Shown here: in pieces, positions 61,019 to 64,000 of the stretch
How positions within the stretch are numbered: the first letter of the stretch is position 1
How the letters are laid out: every line of letters starts with the position of its first letter
Source: Vicugna vicugna
Lineage: Eukaryota
Direction of reading: 5' to 3'
DNA: 64,000 nucleotides
NCBI GenBank assembly: GCA_013265495.1
Contig: MU058065.1
Location: forward strand, 9,403,720-9,467,719
Position numbers and translations under genes: made by a program
Notes under the pieces: model-generated
Told to the model about the DNA's origin: nothing
The model's input: the letters and a program-made list of their open reading frames with translations, nothing else
The model's database searches: none

Positions 61019-62271
61019 TACCCACGCGTGAGGTCGGATTTAAACGGCGAGATCCACAAATCAGAACGAGCCTTCACCGTAGCACCTTCTGCATCCTTGC
61101 TGGTCTGCGTACCCAGTGCCCCAGTTTGCAGTAAGCTCCCCAGAGAGAAAGGCTTACTATTATACTGTAATGGGAAACCTAGACCAGGCTACTTCCAATA
61201 TGAACCCTATTAATATATCACATTCGCCACCAAGAGAGGTTATACCACCAACACGAAATAAAGAGGAAATGAATGCTGCAGCCACTCCCTGTGTAATTCA
61301 GAGTTCAGCATCTTTCTGGCCTTACAGAAGGCACCACAAGCTAGATACACTCACGCCAGAATATCCCAGAGGCATGTTGTTTATTGGTTGGAGCAGCAAG
61401 AAATAAAGACTAAGAGAAATTTAATATTTAACTCTAAATCTTTAGTTTCCCTCATTAGGCTGACTTGCCCGCAGCCATATTGCTGTAAATTAAACAGCTG
61501 AAGCTGGTGTGTTGCCAAAATGCACAGCCAGAGAAATGTTAACAGTGCTCTCCTGCTTCTTATGCCCCAACAAGTTAAAGACAAAAAAGGAATCTGCCTG
61601 CCATCCAGAGAGGTCATTAGAAAACTCTCGACTTATTTTTGAAGCTGGAAATAGAAAACTGGCTCTATCTTCAGCTCCAGGGTGGTCTTCGTAGAAAAGG
61701 GCTGATGGAGCTAAATACGGAAACTGCTTTTAGTGAAGCCTCATCACTGAAGAGTTTCAGAGATGGTTCCTCCGATCAAAATGTTGCCAAATTATCATTG
61801 CCCAGAGGAATCGGAAAATGCCCCTGATCCGTGGAAGCAATGCATTTACAGTAATACCTGTGTGTGGAATGTCTTGGAAAAGATCTTGGAGGCTAGGTTT
61901 CTCTGACAAGGGAGTACTGTGTCCGACCAGAGATTGCTCAAGCAGCCTGAATCTGGTTTGGGGTAGAAATAGGGAGATTGGTCTTCTCTCCAGGTTTATA
62001 CCATTTAACTGATCTTATTCAAGGATGGACAGTTAGTTGTCATACTGTCCTCCTACCATACTTGTGACAGAAAACAGAGTTCTGATTGAATAAATATTTA
62101 TTGAAGAGCACAAACTGTTTATAACCAAAGAAGAAGAGAGGGGGCCCCATGCTAGCTTTACCCCTGCTTTCCCACTTCTAGCAGAATCGTGGTGGCTGAG
62201 ACAAACACATTCTTTGATCCACCAGCCTCACCTGTTGTGATTTTGGAATTCTCAGTACGCACGTTCTTAAA

Positions 62272-62768
62272 CCAGGTTTTCTCAACTGTGGTTGCACATT
62301 TGAATCACCTGTGAGCTAAAAGCTCACAGCCCACCAGCCACACCCCAGACCAATTACGTTATTAGCTCTGGGGGTGTGACCCAGGCATCAGTAGTTTTTA
62401 AAATACTTTCCAAGTGATTCCAATAAGCTGCCAAGTTTGAGAATCATTGCATTAAACCTCAACCCTGGCTGCATAACAGATTCACCTGGGAACCAGTCCA
62501 GACCAAGCTACTTATAATCAGAATTTTTTTAACAAGAAGTTTCCCAGGTGATTTTTAACATGTAACCAAGGCTGAGAACGTCTACCTTTAAGCGGTAATT
62601 CTCAAAGTGTGGTTACAGAGTCCGTGTTAGGATCAGCCACGTTCCTCATTAAACATGCCACCTCCCCCAGCCCCCCACCCCGGTCCTACTGAATCAGAAA
62701 CAGGGCTGCACTGAGCTTATCAGCCCCGCAGGTGATTCACATCCTCACTAAGGTTGGAGACTTACTGT
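62272..62768. mobile_element. Cluster of three MER5-family MITEs
   Basis: Three adjacent units with TTCTCAA../..TGAGAA ends and GAATCACCTG, CAGGTGATT, CCTACTGAATCAGAAAC motifs (about 62272-62449, 62455-62585, 62592-62768). Confidence 0.8.
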
Positions 62769-63544
62769 TCGCCCAGCCTGACGATCCCTCATCTTGTACA
62801 AAGACAGAGTTACTCTTTTTGCCCTAGGAAGACAGTTCTAATTCCTGTTAAAGTGCAGATACCATGACATAATCTCCAAGGTACATGAGGTGAAAAGAGC
62901 AAGATGCAGAATAGCTTAGACAGCATTTACCTTTTAAGAAGAAGAAGCAGCGATATTTGTATGTGTATGTACGGGCGGAAAATCTCTGAAAGGATACAGG
63001 TAAACACGCCTCGGCAGAATGGGACTGCGTGGTTTGGCAGAGGGGGAGGAACTTTTGTCATTTGTACCACGTACAGGTAATGCCTCTATTGAAAACCAGC
63101 AACAAAAAATGCAAGCCTTGCAGGGGGAGAAGGCACATTAAACCTGGTTAACCACTTATACCTCAAGTGGATATTTTAGTCAGAATTATTTTTCTGAACG
63201 GATATTGATTTGAGGAAGAACAACACGGCATATGCCATGAGGACCAGAGAAACCAAAAAAGTCTGGGGAGGGGGACTAGGAAAGAATCTGATTCTCAAGG
63301 TCAGTCTTTGCCAACTTTACATAGTTACCCATGGTCAGTCTTGACATTGATTTGTAATCTAAAAGATGGAAACAGACTGGTAAGCATCTCCCTTTTCAGC
63401 CACTGTTTAGAAAATAAACAGAGGCTTTTCGCCTTCACCAAGCTCCCTCTTAACAGAGTGGGAGTGGGGGAGGGGCGGCCCTTTGGCCATTTGGACCTTA
63501 GCTCTTAAGTGTCTGTGAAATGCTGCCTCAAATTCCCCTTGTAA

Positions 63545-63558
63545 CCACCAGGTGGCAG
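63545..63558 (+). promoter_or_regulatory. Candidate CTCF site
   Basis: CCACCAGGTGGCAG, 14/14 match to CCASYAGRKGGCRS, in non-repeat sequence. Confidence 0.65.
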
Positions 63559-63789
63559 CAGCAATCCAGCTTCTGGGCTAGCCCGGGAGATGCTGAAGTA
63601 GCACGACTCTCCTTTGTTCAATTAGCGTTCTGGTCATAGAGCTGTGGAAACGCAGACATGAAAGAACATTTCTTAAAAGTTCTGCCAATGACCACAGATG
63701 TTTAAAAGGAGGTAAAAAGAAGAACAAGTATATTGAGAACACTTCATATTGAACACAATAAGTCCGATCTATGAAGGGGAGGAAGCTAG

Positions 63790-63992
63790 ATTGTTAACAT
63801 TTCCTGACACCTGCTACATGCCAAGCACTTTACTAAACGCCTGCAGGTTATTTCATTTGATCATGAATACAGACTTGTGCGCGGGATACCAATGCCTCTG
63901 TTTTACAGATGGGGAAGCTAAAGTAGGGGTAGATTAAGTAACTTGCCTGATGTTTCAGAGAAGTAAGACAGAGGCAAAATATGAACCCAGTT
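63790..63992 (-). mobile_element. MIR SINE
   Basis: CTACATGCCAAGCACT; TTTTACAGATGGGGAAGCTAA..TTAAGTAACTTGCC..TGAACCCAG. Confidence 0.8.
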
Positions 63993-64000
63993 TGATCACA

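Overview
Mammalian non-coding DNA, almost certainly camelid (Camelus/Vicugna/Lama), judged from six copies of the tRNA-derived Vic-1 SINE and young lineage-type L1 3' ends. I recognise no protein-coding exon, functional RNA gene, CpG island or CRISPR-like array. The listed ORFs are chance ORFs, simple-repeat translations or decayed L1 ORF2 pieces. The window reads as gene desert or a very large intron: layered transposon relics (L1, L2, MIR, MaLR/ERVL/ERV1 solo LTRs, hAT and Tigger DNA transposons) alternate with repeat-poor, homeodomain/POU-motif-rich blocks resembling conserved enhancers, plus two good CTCF motifs. The best unusual items are a 40-nt tailless 5S rRNA retropseudogene with a clean target-site duplication (TSD), two tail-only TSD-flanked insertions, a Vic-1 copy with strongly AT-to-GC-biased divergence, a tandem double octamer, and an ERV1 LTR nested in a Tigger2 element. 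I could not support a previously undescribed biological system. Repeat family names come from memory of consensus sequences, and boundaries without a stated TSD are approximate.
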